Sequence record: PP418987.1
Direction: 5' to 3' (one strand)
Length of the DNA stretch: 64,000 nucleotides
DNA from: Escherichia phage UPWr_E4
The notes under the pieces are model-generated. The model was not told where the DNA came from. It saw nothing but the letters and a program-made list of their open reading frames with translations, and did not search any database. Numbering within the stretch: position 1 is the first letter of the stretch; each line of letters opens with the position of its first letter. Shown here piece after piece: positions 19,054-29,015 of the stretch. The translations under genes and the position numbers were made by a program.

Positions 19054-21231
19054 ATGATTATCACCACTGAAAAAGAAACAATTCTTGGCAATGGTTCTAA
19101 ATCAAAAGCATTTAGCATCGCAGCAAATCCTAAAGTATTTAAAATTCTATCATCTGATTTGTATACAAACAAGATTCGCGCAGTGGTCCGTGAATTAATT
19201 ACTAACATGATTGATGCCCATGCTCTCAATGGAAATCCTGAAAAATTTATCATTCAAGTTCCAGGACGATTAGACCCGCGATTTGTTTGTCGAGATTTTG
19301 GTCCGGGTATGAGTGATTTTGATATTCAGGGTGATGATAATTCTCCTGGGTTGTATAATTCATACTTCAGTTCATCTAAAGCTGAATCTAATGACTTTAT
19401 TGGCGGATTTGGTTTAGGTTCTAAATCTCCGTTTAGTTATACTGATACGTTTAGTATTACTTCGTATCATAAAGGTGAAATTCGTGGTTATGTAGCTTAC
19501 ATGGATGGTGATGGTCCGCAGATTAAACCTACATTCGTAAAGGAAATGGGTCCAGACGATAAAACTGGTATTGAAATTGTAGTTCCAGTTGAAGAAAAAG
19601 ACTTTAGAAACTTTGCTTATGAAGTTTCTTATATCATGCGACCGTTCAAAGATTTGGCTATCATTAATGGTCTTGACCGCGAAATTGATTATTTTCCTGA
19701 TTTTGATGACTATTACGGTGTAAATCCAGAAAGATACTGGCCTGATCGCGGTGGATTATATGCTATCTATGGCGGTATTGTTTATCCTATCGACGGTGTT
19801 ATTAGAGACCGTAACTGGCTAAGCATTCGCAATGAAGTGAATTACATTAAGTTTCCAATGGGTTCACTTGATATTGCTCCATCTCGCGAGGCTCTTTCAC
19901 TGGATGATCGCACTCGTAAAAATATTATTGAACGAGTTAAAGAACTCAGTGAGAAAGCATTTAATGAAGATGTAAAACGATTTAAAGAATCTACATCTCC
20001 TCGTCACACATATCGTGAATTGATGAAGATGGGGTATTCTGCTCGAGATTATATGATTAGTAATTCAGTCAAATTCACGACTAAAAATCTGTCATATAAG
20101 AAGATGCAGAGTATGTTTGAACCTGATAGTAAGTTATGTAACGCGGGAGTTGTGTATGAAGTAAATCTTGACCCTCGACTGAAACGCATTAAGCAAAGTC
20201 ATGAAACTTCAGCCGTTGCATCAAGTTATCGTCTGTTTGGTATTAATACAACAAAAATTAATATCGTTATTGATAATATTAAAAATCGTGTTAATATTGT
20301 CCGTGGATTAGCACGTGCATTAGATGATAGTGAATTTAATAACACTTTAAATATTCATCACAACGAACGCCTTCTGTTTATTAATCCGGAAGTAGAATCA
20401 CAGATTGATTTACTCCCTGATATTATGGCAATGTTTGAAAATGATGAAGTTAACATTCATTATTTGTCAGAAATCGAAGCTTTAGTTAAAAGCTATATTC
20501 CAAAGGTAGTTAAAAGTAAAGCTCCTCGTCCTAAAGCTGCTACAGCATTTAAGTTTGAAATTAAAGACGGGCGCTGGGAAAAAGAGGAATTATTTACGCT
20601 CACATCAGAAGCAGATGAAATTACTGGTTATGTAGCGTATATGCATCGTTCTGATATTTTCTCTATGGATGGTACTACATCTCTTTGTCATCCATCTATG
20701 AATATTTTGATTCGTATGGCTAATCTTATTGGCATTAATGAATTTTATGTTATTCGTCCGCTTTTACAGAAAAAGGTAAAAGAACTCGGTCAGTGCCAAT
20801 GTATTTTTGAAGCTTTGCGTGATTTATATGTAGATGCTTTTGATGATGTAGATTATGATAAGTACGTAGGTTATTCAAGTTCAGCTCAACGATATATTGA
20901 TAAAATTATCAAGTATCCTGAACTAGATTTTATGATGAAGTACTTCAGTACAGATGAAGTTTCTGAAGAATATACACGACTCGCTAATATAGTTAGTTCA
21001 TTGCGCGGTGTATATTTTAATGGTGGAAAAGATACCATTGGTCATGACATCTGGACAGTAACTAATCTTTTTGATGTATTATCAAATAATGCTTCAAAAA
21101 ACAGTGATAAAATGGTTGCTGAGTTTACCAAGAAATTCCGCATTGTTTCCGACTTCATCGGTTATCGCAACTCTTTAAGTGATGATGAAGTTTCTCAAAT
21201 CGCTAAAACTATGAAGGCCCTTGCGGCCTAA
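19054..21231 (+). CDS. rIIA: rIIA protein
   Basis: 725 aa, exact size of T4 rIIA; followed by rIIB. Confidence 0.9.
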   Translation: MIITTEKETILGNGSKSKAFSIAANPKVFKILSSDLYTNKIRAVVRELITNMIDAHALNGNPEKFIIQVPGRLDPRFVCRDFGPGMSDFDIQGDDNSPGLYNSYFSSSKAESNDFIGGFGLGSKSPFSYTDTFSITSYHKGEIRGYVAYMDGDGPQIKPTFVKEMGPDDKTGIEIVVPVEEKDFRNFAYEVSYIMRPFKDLAIINGLDREIDYFPDFDDYYGVNPERYWPDRGGLYAIYGGIVYPIDGVIRDRNWLSIRNEVNYIKFPMGSLDIAPSREALSLDDRTRKNIIERVKELSEKAFNEDVKRFKESTSPRHTYRELMKMGYSARDYMISNSVKFTTKNLSYKKMQSMFEPDSKLCNAGVVYEVNLDPRLKRIKQSHETSAVASSYRLFGINTTKINIVIDNIKNRVNIVRGLARALDDSEFNNTLNIHHNERLLFINPEVESQIDLLPDIMAMFENDEVNIHYLSEIEALVKSYIPKVVKSKAPRPKAATAFKFEIKDGRWEKEELFTLTSEADEITGYVAYMHRSDIFSMDGTTSLCHPSMNILIRMANLIGINEFYVIRPLLQKKVKELGQCQCIFEALRDLYVDAFDDVDYDKYVGYSSSAQRYIDKIIKYPELDFMMKYFSTDEVSEEYTRLANIVSSLRGVYFNGGKDTIGHDIWTVTNLFDVLSNNASKNSDKMVAEFTKKFRIVSDFIGYRNSLSDDEVSQIAKTMKALAA

Positions 21232-21242
21232 TAAGGAAAATT

Positions 21243-22181
21243 ATGTACAATATTAAATGCCTGACCAAAAACGAACAAGCTGAAATTGTTAAACTGTATT
21301 CAAGCGGTAATTATACCCAACAGGAATTGGCTGATTGGCAAGGTGTATCGGTTGACACAATCCGTCGTGTTTTGAAAAATGCCGAAGAAGCTAAACGCCC
21401 TAAAGTTACTATTAGTGGTGATATTACAGTTAAAGTTAATAGCGATGCAGTTATTGCTCCAGTTGCTAAATCTGACATTATTTGGAATGCATCTAAAAAA
21501 TTCATTTCAATTACTGTTGATGGTGTAACTTATAACGCAACTCCTAATACTCATTCAAACTTCCAGGAAATTCTTAATCTGCTTGTAGCGGATAAGTTGG
21601 AAGAAGCGGCACAAAAAATTAATGTTCGTCGCGCTGTTGAAAAATATATTTCCGGTGATGTTCGAATTGAAGGTGGAAGCTTGTTCTATCAAAATATCGA
21701 ATTGCGGTCTGGTTTGGTTGATCGTATTCTTGACTCGATGGAAAAAGGCGAAAACTTTGAATTTTATTTTCCGTTCTTGGAAAATCTGTTGGAAAACCCA
21801 AGCCAAAAAGCTGTATCTCGACTCTTTGATTTCTTGGTAGCAAACGATATTGAAATTACAGAAGATGGTTACTTCTATGCTTGGAAAGTAGTTCGCAGCA
21901 ATTACTTTGACTGTCACTCAAACACCTTTGATAACAGTCCTGGTAAAGTAGTTAAAATGCCACGTACTCGTGTGAATGACGATGATACACAAACTTGTTC
22001 TCGTGGTCTGCATGTGTGTTCTAAATCTTATATTCGTCACTTTGGCAGTTCAACCAGCCGAGTTGTAAAAGTTAAAGTGCATCCTCGCGATGTGGTATCA
22101 ATTCCGATTGATTACAACGACGCTAAAATGCGTACCTGCCAATACGAAGTAGTTGAAGACGTTACTGAACAATTTAAATAA
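21243..22181 (+). CDS. rIIB: rIIB protein
   Basis: 312 aa, size as T4 rIIB; adjacent to rIIA. Confidence 0.9.
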   Translation: MYNIKCLTKNEQAEIVKLYSSGNYTQQELADWQGVSVDTIRRVLKNAEEAKRPKVTISGDITVKVNSDAVIAPVAKSDIIWNASKKFISITVDGVTYNATPNTHSNFQEILNLLVADKLEEAAQKINVRRAVEKYISGDVRIEGGSLFYQNIELRSGLVDRILDSMEKGENFEFYFPFLENLLENPSQKAVSRLFDFLVANDIEITEDGYFYAWKVVRSNYFDCHSNTFDNSPGKVVKMPRTRVNDDDTQTCSRGLHVCSKSYIRHFGSSTSRVVKVKVHPRDVVSIPIDYNDAKMRTCQYEVVEDVTEQFK

Positions 22182-22209
22182 GGGCTTCGGCCCTTAACTA
22201 AGGAAAATT

Positions 22210-22404
22210 ATGTTAGGTTATCAAGCGCGAGTAAAAGAAGAATACGATCAATTAATGCTCAAAATTAATGCACTGAGCAAATTTTTAGAAAGTACAAAGT
22301 TTCTAACGATTAATGAAGTTGAGCAAGAATTACTGCTTTCACAGTTCATCTCAATGAAATCTTATGCAGATTGTTTAGAAAAAAGAATTGCGCAATTCAA
22401 ATAA
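22210..22404 (+). CDS. Hypothetical small protein
   Basis: 64-aa ORF flanked by UUCG hairpins. Confidence 0.5.
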   Translation: MLGYQARVKEEYDQLMLKINALSKFLESTKFLTINEVEQELLLSQFISMKSYADCLEKRIAQFK

Positions 22405-22407
22405 AAT

Positions 22408-22431
22408 AAGGGGCTTCGGCCCTTTTGTTTT
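22408..22431 (+). terminator. Intrinsic terminator GGGGC-TTCG-GCCCC plus U-run
   Basis: Hairpin followed by TTTTGTTTT. Confidence 0.7.
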
Positions 22432-22492
22432 AAGGAAAAATTATGATTTATTGTATGAATATCGGTGATTCCGACATAAAAGGAAAGTTTAA

Positions 22493-23050
22493 ATGCAGAA
22501 AACGAATCCGGGGTTACAGAGACTATTTCAGATTCCGACATTTACCCTATCGAACAGTGACTTGACTAGTGAAATGAAGGTCAAAATTGTTGATACTGCA
22601 AGATACTCTTTAAAACAAAACCCAAATCAGGATAAGGCAGAAGTTATCGAAAGATGCCGTATCGCTGTGTACGCAGAGTTTTTTGTAGCAGATTGGCTGA
22701 GCGGGTATGTTAACAAAGGTCAAGAAGATGTCGATGATCCGTACACATATGCATGGGATGTATTGGCGCATCCAAGATACTGCGGGCTTCGTGTAGAAGT
22801 TAAGACACATCAAACTGACTCACGTTGGATTTCTGTAACAACAGGATGCAGCGGAGAGTATCCATACGGTTCTGGAATAAATCTAGGGCCCATTCTAAAT
22901 CATCAAGTCGCTGACTGTATAATTATATTCAACACTAAAGAAATTCATCCAGGTGTTATCCAGTACACTCCGAAGTTCATCGGTGACAGAGAAGACCTTC
23001 GTAAGGTTGTAAGAAAAAGCAACTACAATGGATGGTATCTTTCCATTTAA
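22493..23050 (+). CDS. denB: Endonuclease IV (DenB)
   Basis: 185 aa, size and position after rIIB as T4 DenB. Confidence 0.75.
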   Translation: MQKTNPGLQRLFQIPTFTLSNSDLTSEMKVKIVDTARYSLKQNPNQDKAEVIERCRIAVYAEFFVADWLSGYVNKGQEDVDDPYTYAWDVLAHPRYCGLRVEVKTHQTDSRWISVTTGCSGEYPYGSGINLGPILNHQVADCIIIFNTKEIHPGVIQYTPKFIGDREDLRKVVRKSNYNGWYLSI

Positions 23051-23067
23051 AAAATTTTCACAAAACA

Positions 23068-23097
23068 GTTTACATACCACAAGGACCGTGGTACTAT
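23068..23097 (+). promoter_or_regulatory. T4-type early promoter (cassette family GTTTACA...TGGTACTATACAACTATC)
   Basis: GTTTAC 23068-23073, TACTAT 23092-23097; ACCAC/GTGGT dyad. Confidence 0.6.
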
Positions 23098-23124
23098 ACA
23101 ACTATCAGCTACGGAGGAGTAAAA

Positions 23125-23388
23125 ATGAAATTTAAATTTTATTACGCTAAACATAAAATTACCGGTGAATTTATTGCATTTACGACTTCAACTACAGATG
23201 AAGGAGATATTTTTACTGCAGTATTTTTATCAAAATGGGAATCAGATCAACCTTACTTATCATCACGTGAAGATCTCCAACGATTAGTTAATGGAGAATA
23301 TAATGATTCATGGTCATATTTAGTCCATGATTGTGTTAAAAAGGCAATAAAACAAAAACACTTGGAAATCGTTGAGATTGAACTATGA
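23125..23388 (+). CDS. Hypothetical protein
   Basis: 87 aa from ATG 23125 (GGAGGAG upstream); ORF track gives longer start 23032. Confidence 0.5.
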   Translation: MKFKFYYAKHKITGEFIAFTTSTTDEGDIFTAVFLSKWESDQPYLSSREDLQRLVNGEYNDSWSYLVHDCVKKAIKQKHLEIVEIEL

Positions 23389-23471
23389 GTTCATTATGTT
23401 GGTGTTTTGTTTGGTTAATTAGTATTCCAGTAATTTGTTTAACATTTACTTTTGTGATGAGGTTATTATGA
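23385..23471 (+). CDS. Tiny hydrophobic peptide (28 aa)
   Basis: ATGA-coupled to upstream stop; MSSLCWCFVWLISIPVICLTFTFVMRLL. Confidence 0.3.
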   Translation: MSSLCWCFVWLISIPVICLTFTFVMRLL

Positions 23472-23566
23472 AAATTTTGAATTCTGTACTTATTGCTTGT
23501 GCGTGGTGGGTTGCACAGGTTTCAGCGGTAGTAGTTGGTATTCACATTTATTACGAATATTTTTAA
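23468..23566 (+). CDS. Tiny hydrophobic peptide (32 aa)
   Basis: ATGA-coupled; MKILNSVLIACAWWVAQVSAVVVGIHIYYEYF. Confidence 0.3.
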   Translation: MKILNSVLIACAWWVAQVSAVVVGIHIYYEYF

Positions 23567-23574
23567 AAAAAGTT

Positions 23575-23604
23575 GTTTACAAGACTGTTCTTCCGTGGTA
23601 CTAT
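23575..23604 (+). promoter_or_regulatory. T4-type early promoter (cassette family)
   Basis: GTTTAC 23575-23580, TACTAT 23599-23604; shares GTTCTTCC(G/A)TGGTACTAT with the 44316 promoter. Confidence 0.55.
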
Positions 23605-23632
23605 TACCCTATCAACTACGGAGGAACAGAAA

Positions 23633-23746
23633 ATGAAAAAGATTGTTAAAGCTATATGGAATGTAGTTATAATACTAGTAGTTTTGAGTATATTCCCAAT
23701 CGTTTTAATGATTGATGTATTAAACGTTTACTTTGGATTTATGTGA
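23633..23746 (+). CDS. Small membrane peptide (37 aa)
   Basis: RBS GGAGGAA; single hydrophobic helix. Confidence 0.4.
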   Translation: MKKIVKAIWNVVIILVVLSIFPIVLMIDVLNVYFGFM

Positions 23747-23753
23747 GGAAAAT

Positions 23754-23951
23754 ATGAAGCGTAAACGCAGTGCTTTTACATTTATTGAATGGTTTTTCGA
23801 TAATATTTTTCCGGCTTTATTCATTTTCATGCTGATTTTTGCCTTAGGTTCAGTTGTAGTTGGAATTTATTTGATGACGGTAGTCGGAATGGATATTCAT
23901 CAAAATGGTTTAAAATCCGTGGTTGAAACAATTTGGAATGGTGTAAAATGA
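23754..23951 (+). CDS. Small membrane protein (65 aa)
   Basis: ATG 23754 with GAGGAAAAT upstream (track uses TTG 23733); MKRKRSAFTFIEWFFDNIFPALFIFMLIFALGSVVVGIYLMTVV. Confidence 0.5.
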   Translation: MKRKRSAFTFIEWFFDNIFPALFIFMLIFALGSVVVGIYLMTVVGMDIHQNGLKSVVETIWNGVK

Positions 23952-24058
23952 TGAATTTGATGAGTGGTTGGTTTTATATTCTTATGTTTTACATTGGCGC
24001 AAATTTTCCATATTGGATGGGATGGTCAACAACTGCATTTGGATTTTATACTCCTTGA
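23948..24058 (+). CDS. Small membrane peptide (36 aa)
   Basis: ATGA-coupled; Trp/Phe-rich hydrophobic peptide. Confidence 0.35.
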   Translation: MMNLMSGWFYILMFYIGANFPYWMGWSTTAFGFYTP

Positions 24059-24066
24059 GGTGAATT

Positions 24067-24282
24067 ATGAAAAGTTTTAAAGATGTAAAAGTTGGTGAAA
24101 TTTTTTGCTTGGATAGTGGTGATCAGTTAATTCGTATTTCACCTCTTAAGAGCACTAGCGAAAAAATGACAGTTAATGCTACTTTAGCAAATAACAGTAA
24201 TGAACGTTTCTGTATTGAAAATGATACTGAAACTTATACCGTAGAAGAGTTTTGGGAATTGAGCGTCGACTGCGACGATTAA
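24067..24282 (+). CDS. Hypothetical small protein
   Basis: 71-aa ORF, RBS GAGG. Confidence 0.5.
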   Translation: MKSFKDVKVGEIFCLDSGDQLIRISPLKSTSEKMTVNATLANNSNERFCIENDTETYTVEEFWELSVDCDD

Positions 24283-24342
24283 TTTAATGGCCGCGTGTAT
24301 TCATGCGGCCTTGGAGTAGAAAATAATTTAGAGGAAATTAAT

Positions 24343-24801
24343 ATGAAATACATGACTGTTACTGATCTGAATAATGCAGGCGCTACTGTTATTGGTACAA
24401 TCAAGGGTGGTGAGTGGTTTTTGGGAACTCCGCATAAAGATATTTTATCTAAACCTGGATTTTATTTTTTAGTAAGTAAATTAGATGGTCGTCCATTTAG
24501 TAATCCATGTGTGTCTGCACGATTTTATGTAGGTAATCAGCGTTCTAAGCAAGGATTCAGTGCAGTTCTAAGTCATATTCGTCAACGTCGGTCTCAGCTT
24601 GCACGTACTATTGCAAATAACAATATGGTATACACAGTATTTTATCTGCCTGCTTCTAAGATGAAACCTCTGACGACGGGATTTGGAAAAGGACAGTTAG
24701 CTTTAGCGTTTACTCGTAATCATCATTCTGAGTATCAAACACTTGAAGAAATGAACCGTATGTTGGCTGATAATTTTAAATTCGTTTTGCAGGCGTATTA
24801 A
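24343..24801 (+). CDS. ndd: Nucleoid disruption protein Ndd
   Basis: 152 aa from ATG 24343 ([18 protein letters not shown]...), RBS GGAGGAAA; size and position as T4 Ndd. Confidence 0.8.
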
Positions 24802-24860
24802 TGAGTAATTTCCACAACGAACACGTGATGCAGTTCTATCGTAATAATCTTAAAACTAAA

Positions 24861-24876
24861 GGCGTCTTCGGACGCC
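24861..24876 (+). other. RNA stem-loop GGCGTC-TTCG-GACGCC directly upstream of the SD of the next gene (no U-tract)
   Basis: 6-bp GC stem with UUCG tetraloop, followed by AGTGAGGAAAATATG. Confidence 0.5.
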
Positions 24877-24888
24877 AGTGAGGAAAAT

Positions 24889-25047
24889 ATGAATATCGCA
24901 AAATTATTAGGAGTTATTTCATTTATTTGTTGGATAGTAGCATGTGTTTTAACTATCTGTATTGATGCCAGCAGTGTGTTTTCGCAAGCTTTAGCTCAGG
25001 GTATGTGTGCATATTTAACATTTGTGTTGTTATCTACTAATGATTAA
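24889..25047 (+). CDS. Small membrane protein (T4 ac position)
   Basis: 52 aa, hydrophobic; between ndd and gene 52. Confidence 0.5.
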   Translation: MNIAKLLGVISFICWIVACVLTICIDASSVFSQALAQGMCAYLTFVLLSTND

Positions 25048-25180
25048 GAAAATCTTGGGCTATTCATTAGCCCTTGCTATTTTATTGATAGCATTATATT
25101 ACGGAATAATGTTCGGATTAATTCAAGTCGTGCTTTTCATTTCTGATGTTATTATGGCACTACATTCACTAGTATGGTAA
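25040..25180 (+). CDS. Small membrane protein
   Basis: 46-aa hydrophobic ORF overlapping upstream stop; ends 4 nt before gene 52. Confidence 0.4.
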   Translation: MIKKILGYSLALAILLIALYYGIMFGLIQVVLFISDVIMALHSLVW

Positions 25181-25184
25181 ATTT

Positions 25185-26513
25185 ATGCAACTGAATAATC
25201 GTGATTTAAAAAGTATCATTGATAATGAAGCATTGGCTTATGCTATGTACACGGTTGAAAATCGTGCCATTCCAAATATGATTGACGGATTTAAGCCAGT
25301 TCAACGATTTGTTATTGCTCGAGCTCTTGATTTGGCACGAGGAAATAAAGATAAGTTTCACAAACTCGCTTCTATCGCAGGCGGTGTAGCGGACCTTGGA
25401 TATCATCATGGTGAAAACTCTGCGCAAGACGCAGGTGCTTTGATGGCTAACACTTGGAATAATAACTTTCCTCTGTTAGACGGTCAAGGAAACTTTGGTT
25501 CTCGTACTGTCCAAAAGGCAGCAGCAAGTCGTTATATTTTTGCTCGTGTAAGTAAAAATTTCTATAACGTATATAAAGATACTGAATATGCTCCAGTACA
25601 TCAAGATAAAGAACACATTCCGCCTGCTTTCTATTTGCCTATTATTCCTACTGTTCTTCTTAATGGCGTTTCCGGTATTGCAACTGGTTATGCAACTTAC
25701 ATTCTTCCTCATAGTGTTTCTTCTGTCAAGAAAGCTGTACTGCAAGCTCTTCAAGGAAAGAAAGTAACTAAACCGAAGGTAGAATTCCCAGAATTTCGTG
25801 GTGAAGTCGTTGAAATTGATGGGCAATATGAAATTCGTGGAACATATAAGTTTACTTCACGAACTCAAATGCATATCACTGAGATTCCATATAAGTATGA
25901 TCGTGAAACTTATGTGAGTAAAATCTTAGACCCGCTTGAAGATAAAGGCTTCATTACATGGGATGATGCTTGTGGTGAGCATGGCTTTGGCTTCAAAGTT
26001 AAATTCCGAAAAGAATACTCTTTGAGCGATAATGAAGAAGAACGCCATGCAAAAATTATGAAAGACTTCGGGTTGATTGAGCGTCGTTCCCAGAATATTA
26101 CCGTCATTAATGAGAAAGGAAAGCTGCAAGTTTACGATAATGTAGTTGATTTAATCAAAGACTTCGTTGAAGTTCGTAAAACTTATGTCCAAAAACGAAT
26201 TGATAACAAAATCAAAGAAACTGAATCAGCATTTCGTTTAGCTTTTGCCAAGGCACATTTCATTAAGAAAGTAATTTCAGGTGAAATTGTTGTACAAGGT
26301 AAAACTCGCAAAGAACTGACCGAAGAACTTTCTAAAATTGATATGTATTCTTCTTATGTTGATAAACTAGTTGGAATGAACATTTTTCATATGACTTCCG
26401 ACGAAGCAAAGAAACTTGCTGAAGAAGCTAAAGCCAAAAAAGAAGAAAACGAATATTGGAAAACTACTGATGTAGTTACAGAATACACCAAAGATTTAGA
26501 GGAAATCAAATGA
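25185..26513 (+). CDS. 52: DNA topoisomerase II medium (DNA-cleaving, GyrA-like) subunit gp52
   Basis: 442 aa; N-terminal GyrA-like region; size as T4 gp52. Confidence 0.9.
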   Translation: MQLNNRDLKSIIDNEALAYAMYTVENRAIPNMIDGFKPVQRFVIARALDLARGNKDKFHKLASIAGGVADLGYHHGENSAQDAGALMANTWNNNFPLLDGQGNFGSRTVQKAAASRYIFARVSKNFYNVYKDTEYAPVHQDKEHIPPAFYLPIIPTVLLNGVSGIATGYATYILPHSVSSVKKAVLQALQGKKVTKPKVEFPEFRGEVVEIDGQYEIRGTYKFTSRTQMHITEIPYKYDRETYVSKILDPLEDKGFITWDDACGEHGFGFKVKFRKEYSLSDNEEERHAKIMKDFGLIERRSQNITVINEKGKLQVYDNVVDLIKDFVEVRKTYVQKRIDNKIKETESAFRLAFAKAHFIKKVISGEIVVQGKTRKELTEELSKIDMYSSYVDKLVGMNIFHMTSDEAKKLAEEAKAKKEENEYWKTTDVVTEYTKDLEEIK

Positions 26514-26659
26514 GTCCATTCATTGGTATCACAAGCGCTGCATTAGTATCTGGTGGCATTTTACTGGCGGGTTTAGGTGTTGTTCCTGCCGTAGCAGGAG
26601 GTCTTCTTGCGTTCGGAATTCAACGTGTTATCATGACAGTTATCACAGTCATGCAGTAA
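26510..26659 (+). CDS. Small glycine-rich membrane protein
   Basis: 49 aa, ATGA-coupled to gene 52; followed by strong terminator. Confidence 0.45.
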   Translation: MSPFIGITSAALVSGGILLAGLGVVPAVAGGLLAFGIQRVIMTVITVMQ

Positions 26660-26664
26660 TTTTA

Positions 26665-26690
26665 GGGAGAGCCGAGGCTCTCCCTTTTTT
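26665..26690 (+). terminator. Intrinsic terminator GGGAGAGC-CGAG-GCTCTCCC plus T6
   Basis: 8-bp perfect stem and U-run. Confidence 0.85.
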
Positions 26691-26715
26691 ATTTCAAAAA
26701 TTTTTTCACAAAATG

Positions 26716-26745
26716 GTTTACAACCAAAGCATACTGTGGTACTAT
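26716..26745 (+). promoter_or_regulatory. T4-type early promoter (cassette family)
   Basis: GTTTAC 26716-26721, TACTAT 26740-26745; downstream leader CTATCAAATAAATGAACTGAAAC repeated at the motA promoter. Confidence 0.6.
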
Positions 26746-26794
26746 ACAACTATCAAATAAATGAACTGAAACAAACAACCCGGAGATACAAAAA

Positions 26795-27022
26795 ATGAAA
26801 TTTAAAATCGAAAACGAAATCGTTAAAGCTAAAAATGCTCTGACTGCTAACAAACTGGTTGTAGATGGTATTGAATATGATATCTGTGGAGTTCGTGAAG
26901 AAAAACCTGGTGTTCTGACTTTCTTCACAATGATTTTTAAATTTAAAGGTGACACAGAATTCAAACAGTTTGATTTTGCCCATGAAGACGAAATCGAAGT
27001 TCGTAATCTGAACATTAAGTAA
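26795..27022 (+). CDS. Hypothetical small protein
   Basis: 75-aa ORF with RBS GGAGA. Confidence 0.5.
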   Translation: MKFKIENEIVKAKNALTANKLVVDGIEYDICGVREEKPGVLTFFTMIFKFKGDTEFKQFDFAHEDEIEVRNLNIK

Positions 27023-27061
27023 GTACTTTATTAGAGCTCTTGAAAAAGAGTGCAAAAAAGT

Positions 27062-27090
27062 GTTTACTTCTGCTTTAAACATGATACTAT
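27062..27090 (+). promoter_or_regulatory. T4-type early promoter for motA
   Basis: GTTTAC 27062-27067, TACTAT 27085-27090; same leader as the 26716 promoter. Confidence 0.6.
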
Positions 27091-27127
27091 AGACCTATCA
27101 AATAAATGAACTGAAACGGAGATTAAA

Positions 27128-27763
27128 ATGTCTAAAGTAACTTACATCATCAAAGCTTCTAACGATGTTCTGAATGAAAAAACTGCTGCGATTTTAATTA
27201 CCATTGCTAAGAAAGATTTCATTACAGCCGCAGAAGTTCGTGAGGTGCATCCAGATTTAGGTAATGCAGTAGTTAATAGTAATATTGGGGTATTGATTAA
27301 AAAAGGCCTGGTGGAGAAATCTGGTGATGGATTAATCATTACTGGTGAAGCTCAGGATATTATTTCAAATGCAGCAACTTTATACGCACAGGAAAACGCT
27401 CCGGAACTGCTGAAAAAACGAGCAACTCGTAAAGCTCGTGAGATTACTTCTGATATGGAAGAAGATAAAGACTTCATGTTAAAACTTTTAGATGAAAATG
27501 GATTTGTTCTTAAAAAGGTTGAAACTTACCGCAGTAACTATCTCGCTATTTTAGAAAAACGCACTCACGGAATTCGTAATTTTGAAATTAACAACAATGG
27601 AAATATGCGAATTTTTGGATACAAAATGATGGAACATCATATTCAGAAATTTACTGACATCGGAATGTCATGTAAAATCGCTAAAAACGGTAATGTGTAT
27701 CTTGACATTAAACGCTCGGCAGAAAACATTGAAGCTGTAATCACTGTAGCATCTGAACTGTGA
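27128..27763 (+). CDS. motA: MotA, middle-promoter transcription activator
   Basis: 211 aa; N-terminus MSKVTYIIKASNDVLNEKTAAILITIAKKDFITAAEVREV as T4 MotA. Confidence 0.85.
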   Translation: MSKVTYIIKASNDVLNEKTAAILITIAKKDFITAAEVREVHPDLGNAVVNSNIGVLIKKGLVEKSGDGLIITGEAQDIISNAATLYAQENAPELLKKRATRKAREITSDMEEDKDFMLKLLDENGFVLKKVETYRSNYLAILEKRTHGIRNFEINNNGNMRIFGYKMMEHHIQKFTDIGMSCKIAKNGNVYLDIKRSAENIEAVITVASEL

Positions 27764-27773
27764 GGAATAAATA

Positions 27774-28103
27774 ATGAACAAGTTAGAAATTGTTAATGAA
27801 CTTCGTCGTTGTGCAGAACCTACTCAAGAGGGTTGGGATATTTGGTACCATGGAGCTTATCTTGGAACTATTGTAAAGATTAAGACTGGTAAATACATGA
27901 TTATTCGTGAAAGTAAAGATGCTCCAGTAGGTATTCGCAATAATTTTATGGCAGCGATAAGTTCATTTACGGATGCAGCTTACGAAATTTACCTTGCTGA
28001 TTATAAAGAATTCCAGGAATCTCAACCAGTTATTCGTTCAATTGGTGTTAACAAAGCTCAACAGAAAACTTTATGGCAACGTATTAAAGGATGGTTTAAA
28101 TGA
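27774..28103 (+). CDS. Hypothetical protein
   Basis: 109-aa ORF in the motA-arn interval. Confidence 0.55.
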   Translation: MNKLEIVNELRRCAEPTQEGWDIWYHGAYLGTIVKIKTGKYMIIRESKDAPVGIRNNFMAAISSFTDAAYEIYLADYKEFQESQPVIRSIGVNKAQQKTLWQRIKGWFK

Positions 28104-28255
28104 AAACATTTAAAATTGTCGTAGAATTTTATAACGGCGAAGGTGTAGTCCATCTTAAAGCGGCCAACCAGTTTGATGCGGTAAGAGTATATTGTCAATG
28201 CTTTGAAAGTTCTAAACAAGCTATAAAAATTAAAAGTGTTGAGGAAACCAAATGA
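28100..28255 (+). CDS. Hypothetical small protein
   Basis: 51 aa, ATGA-coupled on both sides. Confidence 0.4.
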   Translation: MKTFKIVVEFYNGEGVVHLKAANQFDAVRVYCQCFESSKQAIKIKSVEETK

Positions 28256-28719
28256 AAACCTTCAAAGAGCGTCTTGAATTATTAGACCTAGCTTTATTAC
28301 GTGAAACTCCAGAAAGTCTAGCAGCTAAATTACAGGCCTATGGCGACTACACCGAATATACGGAAGAGGATGTTTTAGAAGAGGTTCCTGAAATCTGTTG
28401 GCAAGTAGCTCATTGGAACAATAATGAAAAATATCAACGTCGAATTGTGTGTGCAGCCAACCGCTTTAAGTTAAAAGATGGTGGGACTCTGGTTATTCCT
28501 GGTGCTCGTCATTATTCTAAAGATATGGCTGAAGTTCTTGACCAGGTAAGTGATAAACTTGTATCAGACCATGTTTGTGGTGAAGACCAAGGATTTATTG
28601 ACCAGTATAGCAATTACTGGACACGTGAAGAAGCAATGATTATTGCAACTTACGCTGGACAAGTGCGTATTGAACGTGGTGGTAGTGAAAAAGAACTTTA
28701 CTCTGAGGACCTTTACTAA
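28252..28719 (+). CDS. Hypothetical protein
   Basis: 155-aa ORF. Confidence 0.55.
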   Translation: MKTFKERLELLDLALLRETPESLAAKLQAYGDYTEYTEEDVLEEVPEICWQVAHWNNNEKYQRRIVCAANRFKLKDGGTLVIPGARHYSKDMAEVLDQVSDKLVSDHVCGEDQGFIDQYSNYWTREEAMIIATYAGQVRIERGGSEKELYSEDLY

Positions 28720-29015
28720 TGAATATTAAAAAGTTTCAAATTGATGGAATTAAGAATCAAATCCAGGCGTTGGAATATGCCAATAAAATGATGTCAACTA
28801 ATTGGGGAATTTATGCCAATGAACCGGCATTTCAGTTCTGTGATATGGAATTCACTAAAAAGCTCGTAGGAAAAGATTATGTATGTCCATTTAGTTATCC
28901 AGTAAATGGAATGCTAAAACTTGCTTTACGCGATCTTTATATTGCGATGAACGAAGAGATGATAAAAGAGCTAAAACGCCAACTGAAGGTGATTCAAATT
29001 GGCCAGGGAAATTAA
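28719..29015 (+). CDS. Hypothetical protein
   Basis: 98-aa ORF, coupled start. Confidence 0.5.
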   Translation: MNIKKFQIDGIKNQIQALEYANKMMSTNWGIYANEPAFQFCDMEFTKKLVGKDYVCPFSYPVNGMLKLALRDLYIAMNEEMIKELKRQLKVIQIGQGN

